Shown: positions 49,814 to 60,699 of the stretch, piece by piece | How the letters are laid out: every line of letters begins with the position of its first letter | How positions within the stretch are numbered: the first letter of the stretch is position 1 | NCBI GenBank assembly: GCA_965656495.1 | Contig: CBFHKU010000001.1 | Span: forward strand, 242,781 to 306,780 | DNA length: 64,000 nt | Source: Coraliomargaritaceae bacterium | Lineage (GTDB): Bacteria; Verrucomicrobiota; Verrucomicrobiia; Opitutales; Coraliomargaritaceae | Reading direction: 5' to 3' | Notes under the pieces: model-generated | The model's database searches: none | Told to the model about the DNA's origin: nothing | What the model saw: only the letters and a program-made list of their open reading frames with translations | Made by a program: the position numbers and the translations under genes

Positions 49814-50296
49814 ATGACAACGGTCCTGCAATTATTACTGGAAGGCGAACGCCTTGACACTGCCCAACTGGCTTCAATCCTTGACCAGTCGGAGGCGGAG
49901 GTCGCGGCGGAGCTCAAGCGTTTGGAAGCGGAGCAGGTGCTGCTCGGCTGGCGACCGGTGTTTAATCCCGAACGGGCGCAGGGCGAATTGGTGCGCGCCG
50001 TGATCGAGGTACGCATCAGCCCGGAACGGGACGGGGGCTTTGATCGGCTCGCAGCCCGCATCAGTCAATTTGAAGCGGTGGAATCCTGTTACCTGATGTC
50101 GGGAGCGTATGATTTGTTGCTCTTTGCGAAGGGTAAGGATTTGCGCGAAGTGGCAACTTTTGTATCGGAACGCCTCGCGAGCGTGGAGGGGGTACTCTCG
50201 ACCGCGACTCATTTCATGCTGCGCGCCTACAAGGAGCAGGGGCATCTTTTGTTATCACCCACTGAGAGCGGCGATAAACCCGCCGTTAGTCCGTAA
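49814..50296 (+). CDS. Lrp/AsnC family regulator
   Basis: GFDRLA, YLMSGAYDL, STATHF. Confidence 0.9.
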   Translation: MTTVLQLLLEGERLDTAQLASILDQSEAEVAAELKRLEAEQVLLGWRPVFNPERAQGELVRAVIEVRISPERDGGFDRLAARISQFEAVESCYLMSGAYDLLLFAKGKDLREVATFVSERLASVEGVLSTATHFMLRAYKEQGHLLLSPTESGDKPAVSP

Positions 50297-51471
50297 TGTC
50301 TGAGTCATCGCAACAGTTTGTGGCAGACCATGTGAAAGGTCTGCCCCGTTCGGGGATTCGTGATTTCTTTGCAATCGTGGCGGCGATGCCGCAGGCGATC
50401 TCGCTGGGAATCGGGGAGCCGGATTTTGTGACGCCCTGGCATATCCGGGAGTCCGCTATTTTTGCTCTGGAGAAAGGGGTGACGAGTTATACGGACAACC
50501 TGGGCTTGCTGCGCCTGCGCCGCGAGATCAGCAGCTACGTGGAGCAACACTTCGAGATCAGTTATCACCCGGAGCGGGAGGTGCTGGTTACGGTGGGGGT
50601 ATCGGAAGCCTTGGATATCGCCTTGCGGGCGGTGTTGAATCCGGGCGACAAGGTGCTGTACCACGAACCGTGTTATGTCTCGTATAGCCCCAGCATCGTG
50701 CTGGCGCACGCGCAACCGATTGCGGTGGCGACCTCCGCGAAGGATGCCTTTGGGATTGATCCTGAGGCGGTGGCGCAGGCCTGGGAACCGGGCTGCAAGG
50801 TTTTGATGTTGAACTTTCCGACGAACCCGACGGGGGGCGTGACGGAGCGCGCCAAATTGGAACAGCTCGCGCGTTTTGCGGTGGAGAAGGATTTGCTCGT
50901 GATCAGTGATGAGATTTATTCGGAACTGACCTTCGAGGGGGAGCACACCAGTATCGCGTCCTTGCCCGGGATGCGGGAACGCACGATCTTTTTGCACGGG
51001 TTTTCAAAGGCCTTTGCGATGACGGGTTTCCGAATTGGTTATGCCTGTGGACCGCAGGACTTGATTGAGGCGATGATGAAGGTGCACCAATACAGTATGT
51101 TGTGCGCCCCGATCCTTTCGCAAGAGGCCGCGGTTGAGGCTTTGAAAAACGGAACCCCGGCGGTCGAAAAAATGAAAGAGGCGTATCACCGCCGCCGCGA
51201 TCTCATTGTGCGCCGTTTCAACGAGATCGGTTTGAAATGTCATTTGCCGAAGGGTTCTTTCTACGCCTTCCCGAATATCGAAGCGACCGGTCAGAATTCG
51301 ATGGATTTCTGCAAGGGCTTGCTGGAGCAGGAAGAAGTGGCGGTGGTTCCCGGTACGGCGTTCGGGGAGAGCGGCGCCGGTTTTGTGCGGGCGAGTTTCT
51401 CGACGAGTTACGAACGGATTCTGGAAGCGACCAACCGTATCGAGCGCTATGTGGACGCCGTGAAGGCGTAG
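50296..51471 (+). CDS. Class I/II PLP aminotransferase
   Basis: GEPDF, FPTNPTG, SDEIY, GFSKAFAMTGFRIGY. Confidence 0.95.
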   Translation: MSESSQQFVADHVKGLPRSGIRDFFAIVAAMPQAISLGIGEPDFVTPWHIRESAIFALEKGVTSYTDNLGLLRLRREISSYVEQHFEISYHPEREVLVTVGVSEALDIALRAVLNPGDKVLYHEPCYVSYSPSIVLAHAQPIAVATSAKDAFGIDPEAVAQAWEPGCKVLMLNFPTNPTGGVTERAKLEQLARFAVEKDLLVISDEIYSELTFEGEHTSIASLPGMRERTIFLHGFSKAFAMTGFRIGYACGPQDLIEAMMKVHQYSMLCAPILSQEAAVEALKNGTPAVEKMKEAYHRRRDLIVRRFNEIGLKCHLPKGSFYAFPNIEATGQNSMDFCKGLLEQEEVAVVPGTAFGESGAGFVRASFSTSYERILEATNRIERYVDAVKA

Positions 51472-51518
51472 GCGAGCGGGTTTCTTGTTTTTAGCTCATT
51501 AGCCTGTGTGGCAATTGA

Positions 51519-51704
51519 CTAAAGGAGGCTCTTCTTTTTGAAGCGTTTTTTAGGGGTGCGCCGCGGCGATGGAGTGCTTAGAATTATATCAAGTTTTTGC
51601 CATTCAGGGTCATTTGGGTCTGCAAGCTGCATAGACTCAAACCCATGACTGGGAGCGGCCTCCTTCAGGGCTTTATTGATTCTATCTCTGTGCTTCTCGT
51701 TCAT
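51519..51704 (-). CDS. Putative antitoxin partner (paralog of 29162-29347)
   Basis: RIN.AL.EAAP.HGF.SM.LADP.DP conserved with the first copy. Confidence 0.7.
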   Translation of the reverse strand: MNEKHRDRINKALKEAAPSHGFESMQLADPNDPEWQKLDIILSTPSPRRTPKKRFKKKSLL

Positions 51705-51984
51705 ATATTTTTCTTATTTTGCTGTCTTTCCTAACGCTAATCAATCGAATTTTTTTGCCTTGGAATGCGAAAACCACCATCAGATTAAGCCCTTGGTTAT
51801 TTTTGCCATATATAGCAAAGCGCCTAGACCCGCTTCCTTGTTTTGCGTCTATTCTTAACCTATATTTGTCTTTGAAAACCGACTTTGCCGCGCTGAATGG
51901 AGGCCGTCCTAGTTTGATGTTTTGGTCAGATTTCAACTTACTCCAAATAAATTTTCCGGATATTACGTCTTTTTGCTTATCCAT
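51682..51984 (-). CDS. BrnT-like toxin (paralog of 29325-29627)
   Basis: MDKQKDVISGKFIWSK...GRPPFSAA...IRLISVR. Confidence 0.75.
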   Translation of the reverse strand: MDKQKDVISGKFIWSKLKSDQNIKLGRPPFSAAKSVFKDKYRLRIDAKQGSGSRRFAIYGKNNQGLNLMVVFAFQGKKIRLISVRKDSKIRKIYEREAQR

Positions 51985-52246
51985 ATTTAAAACGGGCATG
52001 CCCCGCGGCCGCTGCTTCCCGGCTTAACTCGGTGTTGCCAAAATCTTTCACTCCTTGAAGCGTTACAGGGCTTGTGCTTTTTAAGTCGTTACGATCTGCA
52101 AGGGAGATCATATAAATAATGATAAAATTCATAATTTGGGTCAATAAGCTTAATAAAGTAAATTAAAGTTGAGATAAATTCTAATCCGAAGCGTTTAATT
52201 ATTAATTTAATTGTATGCGGTGGAGTTTGGCTCTTGTTATAACCTG

Positions 52247-53791
52247 ATGATCGATCCATCACGCACCGTGGCCCTCGTAGGTCGTCCCAATGTGGGCAAG
52301 AGCCGACTCTTCAATCGGCTTTGCGGGCGGCGCATGTCGATCGTGCATGATATGCCGGGTGTGACGCGGGATTTGATCTCGACCGAGGTGGATGACAATT
52401 ACGTCCTGCTCGACACCGGGGGCATCGGGATGGAATTGGAGATGACTCCGAAGCAGATAGCGAATGCGGCAGAGGAGCAGGTGGAGTTTGCAATTCTGGC
52501 GGCGAAGGTGGTGCTCTTTATTGTGGATATTCGGAGTGGACTGACTGCGCTGGATGAAATGGTGGCGGAGAAGTTGCGCCGTTACGGGAAGCAAGTGGTG
52601 CTGGTCTGTAATAAGGTGGACAGTGAAGCGGAGGAGGGCGATGGAGCGGCCTTTGCAAGTCTGGGCTTGGGTTCACCGGTGATGGTATCGGCAGAGCACG
52701 GGCGGGGCATCGGATTTTTGAACACTGAGATCGAGCGGGGCCTGGGGCCCAAGCCTGCGGCAGGTGCGGGCGCGCCGGATCCCCGGATTCGCATCTCGCT
52801 GGTGGGTCGCCCGAATGTCGGGAAGTCCTCCTTGGGGAACGCCCTGCTGCATTCGACGCGCCTGATCGTCTCGGATGTGCCCGGCACGACCCGCGACTCG
52901 GTGGAGTTGGATTTGGATTACGAGCATCCTGATGGTGAGACTTTGAAATTTCGTTTGAGCGATACCGCCGGTCTGCGTTCGAAGCGGAAGGTCGGCAACC
53001 CGGTGGAGTATTTCTCAAATGTGCGGACACAGCACAGCATCGAGCGTTCGGATGTGGTCTTTCTGGTGATTGATGCGGCGGATGGTGTGACAAAACAGGA
53101 TCAGGCCTTGGCGGGCGACATCATGGACGCGGGTAAGGCGATCGTGGTGGTGGTGAATAAATACGATAAAATAAAAGCGCGCTGGGATGAGGAACCGGTT
53201 TCGGGGTTCAAGAATTTAAAACATTTCCTGACGGAGTATGAAAATTCCCTGCGGAAGCAGATGTTTTTCCTGCCGGATCCACCGGTGTTATTTGTTTCGG
53301 CGACGGAGGGCTTCAAGGTAGAAAGTATTTTGGAGACCGCCACGAGTGTGCAGGCGGGTCTGGACTTGAAATTGCCGACGGGTCGATTGAATCGCCTGAT
53401 ACAGGACATGTTTGAGGCGCGGGCACCGAAGCTGGTGGGGATCAAACGCTTCAAGGTTTTCTACGCAGTGCAGACCGGGAATCGACCGATCCGAGTGCGG
53501 TTTTATTGCAACCGCGTGGAACGGCTGGATCCGACTTATCGGCGTTATCTTGAGAAGGGTTTGGTCCACGAGTTCCAGCTCAAGGGTTGTCCGGTGCGTT
53601 TTGACATGGTGGGCAAGGACAAACGCTACGAGGTGGGCGAGGGCGAGAATGCCCCGCGCCAAAGTCGCGAAGTGCAGGATCAACACCGCGAGCGGAAACA
53701 GGGCGAGAAGGCCCGCGAGAAAAAACACCCAGAGCGCCGGGCGAAGGTCACGCAGCGCAAGGCCGCGCACAATCGCAAGCCGCGCCGCTAG
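52247..53791 (+). CDS. der: Ribosome biogenesis GTPase Der
   Basis: Two GRPNVGKS P-loops, PGVTRD/PGTTRD, KH-like C-terminal domain. Confidence 0.96.
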   Translation: MIDPSRTVALVGRPNVGKSRLFNRLCGRRMSIVHDMPGVTRDLISTEVDDNYVLLDTGGIGMELEMTPKQIANAAEEQVEFAILAAKVVLFIVDIRSGLTALDEMVAEKLRRYGKQVVLVCNKVDSEAEEGDGAAFASLGLGSPVMVSAEHGRGIGFLNTEIERGLGPKPAAGAGAPDPRIRISLVGRPNVGKSSLGNALLHSTRLIVSDVPGTTRDSVELDLDYEHPDGETLKFRLSDTAGLRSKRKVGNPVEYFSNVRTQHSIERSDVVFLVIDAADGVTKQDQALAGDIMDAGKAIVVVVNKYDKIKARWDEEPVSGFKNLKHFLTEYENSLRKQMFFLPDPPVLFVSATEGFKVESILETATSVQAGLDLKLPTGRLNRLIQDMFEARAPKLVGIKRFKVFYAVQTGNRPIRVRFYCNRVERLDPTYRRYLEKGLVHEFQLKGCPVRFDMVGKDKRYEVGEGENAPRQSREVQDQHRERKQGEKAREKKHPERRAKVTQRKAAHNRKPRR

Positions 53792-53795
53792 TTGT

Positions 53796-54224
53796 TTAAA
53801 GCCTGATTTTTAGAGGGTTGATCACCGTTACTCTACCGTAGGTTTGAGCATCGGATAAATCTTCGCTGAGAAGATAGTTGCATTCCAATACCTGTGCGGC
53901 CGCTACAATTATGGCATCCCACCAGGAAAGGGCATGTTTGTCCTGCAGGGCATACGCCAGATCCATGAGGGGAGCTTCCAGTGAGAGGGGGTTCCATGCG
54001 CTCAGTGCTTTGATATCCTGCCATGCTTCCGCACGGGAGAGTCCCGGGCTGAGCTTCTGGGTGACGTTTACGAAATACTCGTTCAGGACTTGGATGGAAA
54101 TGCGTCCGTTTCGGTTTTCCCAGAGTTTACGCAAGGCGGTTTCCGCGAGGGCTTGCTTACGCGGTTCTGAGCTGTCACGCGCGTAGATTAGGATGTTGGT
54201 GTCAACAAAGGTCCTAGCGTCCAT
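53796..54224 (-). CDS. PIN-domain (VapC-like) toxin
   Basis: FVDTNILIYA, QVLNE, SWWDA, LLSEDL, VINP. Confidence 0.92.
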   Translation of the reverse strand: MDARTFVDTNILIYARDSSEPRKQALAETALRKLWENRNGRISIQVLNEYFVNVTQKLSPGLSRAEAWQDIKALSAWNPLSLEAPLMDLAYALQDKHALSWWDAIIVAAAQVLECNYLLSEDLSDAQTYGRVTVINPLKIRL

Positions 54225-54444
54225 ACGTTTTCTCGCGGCGGGGATATCGTGCGCGGGAGGATTTAAGGGGTTTGGCTTCCCGGGCAAAGTAGTCCTTTTG
54301 TGCCTGTGCGTAAGTCGCTTCCTGGCGCATCTTCTCCTTCAGGGTATCGCCGAGGATTCGGGACATACTGGTGTTGTTCTTGGCGGCCCAAACTTTAGCC
54401 CAGCGAACCACTTCTTCATCGAGAGTAATGGTCACATTTTTCAT
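54214..54444 (-). CDS. Ribbon-helix-helix antitoxin
   Basis: KNVTITLDEEV...NTSMSR; overlaps the PIN gene start. Confidence 0.85.
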   Translation of the reverse strand: MKNVTITLDEEVVRWAKVWAAKNNTSMSRILGDTLKEKMRQEATYAQAQKDYFAREAKPLKSSRARYPRREKTYGR

Positions 54445-54509
54445 ACCATATTAGATTAGTGTGATCAGGCCGAGGGTCAAGGATAGAGCTTTTGGGCGTG
54501 AGCTTCTGC

Positions 54510-54546
54510 AAAAAAAAACCGCCCGCGGCGAGGGGCCGGGGCGGTT
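54510..54546 (-). terminator. Terminator of sod
   Basis: GC hairpin followed by T9 on the minus strand. Confidence 0.75.
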
Positions 54547-54571
54547 GGTTTAAAAGCAGGCTGCGGGAGGT

Positions 54572-55198
54572 TTAGCTCTTCGCGGCGGTGTAGTTTGCCT
54601 CGGCGGCGTTCCAATCGACGACATTCCAGAATGCCTCAATGTACGCTGGGCGCAGATTTTGATACTTGAGGTAGTAAGCGTGTTCCCAGACGTCGAGACC
54701 GATGACGGGGGTTCCTTCCACTTCAACGAGTCCCTTCATTTGAGGGTTGTCCTGATTGGGGGTCGAGGTGACGGCGAGTTTGCCTTCAGCGGTCACAACG
54801 AGCCAGGCCCATCCGGAACCGAAACGATTGGCACCGGCGGCGGCAAAGGCGGTCTTGAGGGCGTCGAATCCACCAAGGTCGGCCTCGATGGCCTCCGCGA
54901 GGGTACCGGTTGGGGCGCCGCCTCCGTTGGGGCTGAGGATTTTCCAGAAGAAGGCGTGGTTTACATGACCGCCGCCATTGTTGCGGAAGGCGCCGCGCAC
55001 GTTTTCTGGAACGCGGGACATATCGGCAAAGAGTTCACAGGGGCAGACTGTTTCGAGGCCGGTGCCTTCGAGGGCGGCGCTTACTTTGGTAATATAAGCC
55101 TGGTGATGCTTGGAGTGGTGGATCTCCATGGTGCGGGCATCGAAGTGTGGTTCGAGTGCGTCGTAACTGTATGCGAGTTCGGGTAGTTCGTAAGCCAT
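54572..55198 (-). CDS. sodA: Mn/Fe superoxide dismutase
   Basis: [31 protein letters not shown]. Confidence 0.94.
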   Translation of the reverse strand: MAYELPELAYSYDALEPHFDARTMEIHHSKHHQAYITKVSAALEGTGLETVCPCELFADMSRVPENVRGAFRNNGGGHVNHAFFWKILSPNGGGAPTGTLAEAIEADLGGFDALKTAFAAAGANRFGSGWAWLVVTAEGKLAVTSTPNQDNPQMKGLVEVEGTPVIGLDVWEHAYYLKYQNLRPAYIEAFWNVVDWNAAEANYTAAKS

Positions 55199-55267
55199 AT
55201 TGTTGTATTCGGTTTTGAGTGAAGTTTGAGAGTGAGTATTTATGGGGATGGGGCGCAGGCTGTCAAA

Positions 55268-55834
55268 TCAAGGGGATTCAAAATCTTCAGGAAAAGGTGC
55301 CGGGTCATTCGACGCGGTTTTTTTAGCGGCGTTGAGGGCGCGTTTTTTTTCAAAGAAGGCGCGGAGGATTTCGTGGTTGAGGTCTTCCAGAATGCCGCCG
55401 GTGGATTCGAAGTGGTGATTGCTGCGGGGAAGGGCGCCGAGGTCGGTGGCGCCACCGAGGCAGCCCATCTTTTCGTCGGGGAGGCCGAAAAAGACTTTTC
55501 CGATGCGGGCAATGACGAGGGCGCCGGAACACATGGGGCAGGGTTCTTTGGTGACGTAAAGGGTACACTCGTTGAGTCGCCAATCGCCCAAGGCGTGGGC
55601 GGCCTGCGAGATCGCGAGGATTTCAGCGTGGGCGGTGGGATCATTGGTGGAGCGGGATTGGTTGTGCGCCGCCGCAATGATACGGCCTTGGTGCTCGATG
55701 ACTGCGCCAATCGGGACCTCGTCTTTTTTCCATGCTTCAATCGCTTCGTTGTAGGCATGCGTCATGAAGTAGTCCGCATCCCGGTGGAGTTCCGAGGGGT
55801 GGATTTTTTCAAAGGGACAGGGTTGTGGTTCCAT
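55268..55834 (-). CDS. tadA: tRNA adenosine deaminase
   Basis: EVPIGAV, DPTAHAE, EPCPMC. Confidence 0.9.
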   Translation of the reverse strand: MEPQPCPFEKIHPSELHRDADYFMTHAYNEAIEAWKKDEVPIGAVIEHQGRIIAAAHNQSRSTNDPTAHAEILAISQAAHALGDWRLNECTLYVTKEPCPMCSGALVIARIGKVFFGLPDEKMGCLGGATDLGALPRSNHHFESTGGILEDLNHEILRAFFEKKRALNAAKKTASNDPAPFPEDFESP

Positions 55835-55983
55835 GCTGGTGTCGAAGGAATGCTTGTTTGCTTGGAACGATGCCTGAAGGGATTAAAATTTCGAGACTTT
55901 AGTGCGAGGCGGGGAATCAGAGCACACTTGACTTTCAGGTGTGCAACGATTTGCTCCACAGTTTAGTTTTTTCAAATTGATAT

Positions 55984-56265
55984 ATGGCGAAAGCATCCAG
56001 TGAAGATTACGTAGAAGTTGAAGGTAAGATCGTTTCGGTTTTGCCGGGGACTATGTTTCGGGTTGAGTTGGAAAATGGCCACCGTGTCTTGGCGCACATT
56101 TCGGGCAAGCTTCGCAAGCACTTCATCAAGATCACGACCGGTGATACCGTCAAAATGGAGATGAGTCCGCACGATTTGGACAAGGCGCGGATCGTGTATC
56201 GCCTGCGCAATGCCGCGGTACAACGGAATGCCCCCCGGCGGAGCTTCGGCCCGCGTCGCCGGTAA
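55984..56265 (+). CDS. infA: Translation initiation factor IF-1
   Basis: [21 protein letters not shown]. Confidence 0.96.
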   Translation: MAKASSEDYVEVEGKIVSVLPGTMFRVELENGHRVLAHISGKLRKHFIKITTGDTVKMEMSPHDLDKARIVYRLRNAAVQRNAPRRSFGPRRR

Positions 56266-56363
56266 TCAAGTTTTGCGGCTAGGGTATTCTGGCATGCTTT
56301 ACGGGCTTGCAGACCGCGCGCGAGGCACCAATAGTAGAGGTTTCATCTTTAACTAAAATTACC

Positions 56364-57323
56364 ATGAGCCAAGCATTCCAGTCCATTGACCAAACCGTCG
56401 GCAATACACCCCTCGTCAAAATCAATCACCTCACCGAGGGACTCGAGGCGGATATTTATCTCAAATGTGAATTTTTCAACCCGCTTGCGAGCGTGAAGGA
56501 CCGCATCGGAAAAGCGATGATCGAAGCGGCGGAAGCTGCGGGAAAGATCGATTCCGAAAGTATCATTATTGAGCCGACTTCCGGCAACACCGGGATCGCG
56601 CTGGCTTTCGTATGTGCCGCCAAGGGCTACAAGCTCATCCTCACCATGCCGGAAACCATGTCGCTGGAGCGCCGTGTTTTGTTGCGTATGTTGGGTGCGG
56701 AAATCGTTTTGACCCCGGGGCCCAAAGGGATGCCCGGAGCGATTGCCCGCGCCAAGGAATTGGTGGAGGAATACGGGGAGAAGGCATTCATGCCCCAGCA
56801 GTTTGAAAATCCTGCCAATCCCGAGATTCACCGCAAAACCACCGCCGAGGAAATCTGGGCCGCCACGGACGGCAAGATCGATGCGTTTGTGTCGGGCGTC
56901 GGAACCGGTGGTACGATTACAGGGGTTTCAGAAGTCATCAAATCCCGCAAGGAACTGTTCACGGTGGCGGTGGAGCCGGAAGCCAGTCCCGTTATTTCCG
57001 GCGGTCAACCCGGCCCCCATAAGATCCAAGGCATTGGTGCCGGTTTCATTCCCAAAAATTGCAACACTGAGATCATCGACGACATCATCAAGGTTTCCAA
57101 CGAGAACGCCTTTGCCACCGCGCAGGCACTCTCCGAGAAAGACGGCATCCTCGGTGGAATTTCCACCGGTGCAAATGTCTGGGCCGCGATGGAGTTGGCG
57201 AAACGCCCGGAAATGAAGGGTAAGACCATCGTGACGATCGGTTGCAGTTTCGGCGAACGCTATCTCTCCACACCTTTGGCAGAAAAAGCGCACAATGAAA
57301 TGAGCGCCGCCACGGTTGGGTAG
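56364..57323 (+). CDS. cysK: Cysteine synthase A
   Basis: [36 protein letters not shown]. Confidence 0.96.
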   Translation: MSQAFQSIDQTVGNTPLVKINHLTEGLEADIYLKCEFFNPLASVKDRIGKAMIEAAEAAGKIDSESIIIEPTSGNTGIALAFVCAAKGYKLILTMPETMSLERRVLLRMLGAEIVLTPGPKGMPGAIARAKELVEEYGEKAFMPQQFENPANPEIHRKTTAEEIWAATDGKIDAFVSGVGTGGTITGVSEVIKSRKELFTVAVEPEASPVISGGQPGPHKIQGIGAGFIPKNCNTEIIDDIIKVSNENAFATAQALSEKDGILGGISTGANVWAAMELAKRPEMKGKTIVTIGCSFGERYLSTPLAEKAHNEMSAATVG

Positions 57324-57403
57324 GAGCTTTTCCGAAGCGATTGCCCGGGTGCGGCAAGTCTTGACTTGAGTCGCATTACGGCTTTCATGCACAACTTCAA
57401 TTT

Positions 57404-57478
<75 letters not shown>

Positions 57479-57487
57479 TTTATTAAA

Positions 57488-57521
57488 GGAAGCTCTCGGG
57501 GAACCGGGGGCTTCTTTTTTT
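57488..57521 (+). terminator. Terminator after the tRNA
   Basis: GAAGCTCTCGG / CCGGGGGCTTC followed by a T-run. Confidence 0.8.
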
Positions 57522-57613
57522 GCCTGAAGGAAAGGGTGGCGGATTTTCACTGCGGCAGTGGTCCGGTTTGCGGCGCGCCCGGTCATGTCGGCGCGGCGTT
57601 GCGCGCCTCGGAA

Positions 57614-57679
57614 CAAATCTGCCCATTGGCACCATTTATTAAAGGAAGCTCTCGGGGAACCGGGGGCTTCTTTTTTGCC
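57614..57679 (+). repeat. Duplicate of the tRNA 3' end plus terminator (att-like scar)
   Basis: Matches 57458-57524 except for one T. Confidence 0.9.
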
Positions 57680-58171
57680 GGGGCGAAGGGGGTCTTTGTG
57701 TCTTACAATAATTGCTTTACAAATTGGTTATAAAAAAATAATTTAGTAGTTTAATAAGTTTAAATATAAATTTAATGCAGCTTTTACGCTATTCTTTTTC
57801 AATTGGAAGGTTCGTCTTTGCCTTTAGTGTCATGAGGGCGGAGAAGCAGGGTGTTAAGCGAAAGCCTGATACGCATTTGAATTTAAGCCGGAAATTAAAA
57901 TTCCTTCGTGGGCATGCTTTGAAGCGACATCCTAACTATGGCGGTGCCCGCGAGATCAGTAAAAGATATAAATATTATAAAGAACGGCAATATAGAATGC
58001 CTGCTGGGTCATCACGTCCTCAAAATAAATCGCCCCGGAGGTCTGTCTCTGCTGGATCCCAGCGGAGGTATAAAAATCACGCCCCGCCTCAATTTCCTCG
58101 GAAACAAAGTTTGAGTGTTCGTTAGTCCTGAATCATAATCGAACAACGTAAACCTGTCGCGGGCTTGATTT

Positions 58172-58840
58172 TTATAGTACGTTAAAAGGGATGGGGACGC
58201 GGGTGCGGGTGTTTACTTTTTTACCGTCTTTTTCGCCGGGGCTGAAGGTCCACTTACGTACGGCGTCGATGGCATAGGTCTCGAAGATGGGGTCGCTGGA
58301 TTGGACGACCTGAACGTTGATGACGCGGCCTTCCGTGGTAATGATGAATTCGAGGAGGACGCGACCATTGAGGCCCATGCGCAGGGCGTTGGGTGGAAAG
58401 ACCGGGGGCATTTGACGGCGGGGTCGTGGTTTTTGATCGAGGTCTGAAATTTCGAAGATTTGAAGGGAGCCAAGATCCTGTTGATTGACTTGCCGGAGAT
58501 GGGGGAGGGCGAAGTCTCCTGCCATGAGACCGGTGGATCCGGTGCCGGGATTGAGGATTACGTCAAGCTGTTCGAGCGTGATGGGTGGCGGTTCGCTTTC
58601 CAATTCAGGCGGCGGTTCTTCTTCCTCGGGAGGTGGCGGCGGTTCTTCCTCTTCGGGGGGCGGGGGCGGAGGCGGTGTGGCAACAACCCACTCCTCGATG
58701 GATTCGGGCGGTTGTTCGTAGTCCGTCATGAGGTGGGTCATGGGAATCGCTACGAAAATGAGGAAGGTTGCAAGAAGACCAAGGATGCCACTGCTAATGA
58801 GCAGACTCCGGATTCGAGGGGATTGATAGATGCCAGCCAC
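58172..58840 (-). CDS. tonB: Energy transducer TonB
   Basis: N-terminal TM helix, Pro/Glu linker, FP..A...G..G.V.LEF, W.F.PG. Confidence 0.88.
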   Translation of the reverse strand: MAGIYQSPRIRSLLISSGILGLLATFLIFVAIPMTHLMTDYEQPPESIEEWVVATPPPPPPPEEEEPPPPPEEEEPPPELESEPPPITLEQLDVILNPGTGSTGLMAGDFALPHLRQVNQQDLGSLQIFEISDLDQKPRPRRQMPPVFPPNALRMGLNGRVLLEFIITTEGRVINVQVVQSSDPIFETYAIDAVRKWTFSPGEKDGKKVNTRTRVPIPFNVL

Positions 58841-58970
58841 AATTATTCCTTTTTATATACAATTAATTAAAATGGAGCGTATATGCGAAACAAAATTCCT
58901 AAAAATTAAAAATTTAACAAAAAGTGGTTATTGAGGCGACAAAGATGGTCTTTGTGCTTATCAATAAGTT

Positions 58971-59570
58971 ATGTTTACAGGAATCGTAGAGGAGCTAGGC
59001 AAGGTGCTTGCCTTTGATGAGGGCGAAAAGAGCTGGCGGCTGGTGGTCGAGGCGGAAGCGGTGACGCAGGGCTTGCAGATGGGTGACAGCGTGGCGGTGA
59101 ATGGTTGCTGCCTCACGGCGGTGGATATCGCGGCGGGTCGGGTTGAATTTGATTTATTGGCGGAGAGTGTGCGCCTGACCTCGATTGGGGACCTAGGGCC
59201 GGGAGGGGTGGTCAATTTAGAGCGGGCCCTGCAACCGTCGAGCCGGATGGGGGGGCATTTTGTGACGGGCCACGTGGATCGAACCGGGGTGATTGAAGCG
59301 CTGGAGTCGCGCGCAAAGGATTATTTCCTGCGGATTCGGCCCGAGGCGGAGGATTTAAAATACGTGGTGCACAAGGGTTGCATCGCGGTGGATGGTATTT
59401 CGCTGACGGTCGCGGAGGTCGATGCAACGGGTTTTGCGATATGGCTGATTCCGCACACGATGGAGGTGACGAATCTCCATGCGAAAAAAGCGGGTGACCG
59501 CGTGAATCTGGAATACGACCTGATTGCGAAATATGTCGAAAAGCTGGGTGCTTCGAGCGTCCGGGCTTAG
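58971..59570 (+). CDS. ribE: Riboflavin synthase
   Basis: [31 protein letters not shown]. Confidence 0.96.
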   Translation: MFTGIVEELGKVLAFDEGEKSWRLVVEAEAVTQGLQMGDSVAVNGCCLTAVDIAAGRVEFDLLAESVRLTSIGDLGPGGVVNLERALQPSSRMGGHFVTGHVDRTGVIEALESRAKDYFLRIRPEAEDLKYVVHKGCIAVDGISLTVAEVDATGFAIWLIPHTMEVTNLHAKKAGDRVNLEYDLIAKYVEKLGASSVRA

Positions 59571-60217
59571 GATGCCCGCTCGGCGGGGTTGGTAATATTC
59601 ATGGAGCGAAAGAGGAACCCGGCAGCGGTGGCGGCGAGGATTTGCGCGAGGGAGTAGATTGGGAAGCAGTCCCAGGCGAGGAACCCGTTAGTGCAAAGGG
59701 CAAGGGTAATGGCGGGGTTGAAGGCTGCGAATGAAACCGGGCCTACGGCATAGGCACCTGCGCCAACGATGGCACCAATCGCGATTCCATAAAAACCATT
59801 CCCCACCGTTCCCTGTGCGATGGCGACATTCAAGATGACCCACATGAGGGCAAAGGTGAAGAGGAACTCCACGATTACGGCGCGGGGTTGGTCGGGTTGG
59901 AGGGCGGAGATTTGGGCCAGTTCGGCGGGGAAGAGACCTTGGAGGGTTGCGGCGGCGGCGAGCGCGGCTGGGAAAATTGCGAGGAGATAGGGGAGGCACT
60001 CGCGGGGAGGATGGGTGCCGGCGCTGAGGTAGGTGACGGTGGTGGCGGGGTTGAAGTGCGCTTTTGAAATATGCCCGCAACTATAGACAAGGGCTGCGAG
60101 GCCAAGGGTGACCGCCAGGGGTGTGAAATCTGCGGCATTGGGTAGGACGACGCAGATGCCGATAATGAGGTATAGGAAATAAGTGCCGATAGCCTCGGCA
60201 ATCAGTTTATTTTTCAT
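59567..60217 (-). CDS. Aquaporin/MIP channel
   Basis: Two NPA motifs (AHFNPA, AFNPA). Confidence 0.92.
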   Translation of the reverse strand: MKNKLIAEAIGTYFLYLIIGICVVLPNAADFTPLAVTLGLAALVYSCGHISKAHFNPATTVTYLSAGTHPPRECLPYLLAIFPAALAAAATLQGLFPAELAQISALQPDQPRAVIVEFLFTFALMWVILNVAIAQGTVGNGFYGIAIGAIVGAGAYAVGPVSFAAFNPAITLALCTNGFLAWDCFPIYSLAQILAATAAGFLFRSMNITNPAERAS

Positions 60218-60241
60218 AAGGCGGTTTTGGGTGGCGGGTCG

Positions 60242-60679
60242 TTAGTCTGTTTGTGCTTCACGAAAGCCAGCGGCGTAGGCCTCAAAGACGAGTTTGATTT
60301 GGTCGCGGATGCGGCGGAAGGCGTCGAGTTCGCTTTCGCCCTCGCGGACGGCATGGGGTGGGTCCTCGAATCCCCAATGGTAGCGGTTGAGCATTCCGGG
60401 GAAGGTGGGGCAGGCTTGGTCGGCATTGCCGCAGACCGTAATGACGGTGGTGATTCCGGCATTGAGGTATTGGTCGAGGTGGTCGGAGGTATGATGGGAG
60501 GCGTCGATGCCGATTTCGGCAAGGGCTTCGAGGGCGAGGGGATGAACGGCGCCCTTGGGTTTGGAGCCGGCACTGAAGACTTCAAAAAGGTCGCCGCCGG
60601 CGGCGCGCAAAATGCCTTCCGCCATATGGCTGCGGCAGGAGTTTCCGGTGCAGAGGATGAGTACTTTTGGTTTTTTCAT
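60242..60679 (-). CDS. arsC: Arsenate reductase (LMW-PTP fold)
   Basis: [13 protein letters not shown]...CP, FEDP. Confidence 0.93.
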   Translation of the reverse strand: MKKPKVLILCTGNSCRSHMAEGILRAAGGDLFEVFSAGSKPKGAVHPLALEALAEIGIDASHHTSDHLDQYLNAGITTVITVCGNADQACPTFPGMLNRYHWGFEDPPHAVREGESELDAFRRIRDQIKLVFEAYAAGFREAQTD

Positions 60680-60699
60680 AGGTTAGGATTGAGCGTTAA

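Noticed and set aside
52080..52215. AT-rich tract as oriC unwinding element
   Set aside because: No DnaA box cluster seen and no skew change here.
53796..54444. PIN/RHH pair as a novel system
   Set aside because: An ordinary VapBC-like module.
56289..56311. TGGCATG sigma54-like motif, and an 11-nt match to the sRNA hairpin arm, upstream of cysK
   Set aside because: No GC at -12; the complementary sRNA segment is locked in the terminator stem, so the match is probably chance.
57775..58125. 116-aa basic ORF
   Set aside because: AT-rich, no recognisable motif or start signal; cannot be supported, although a small orphan gene is not excluded.
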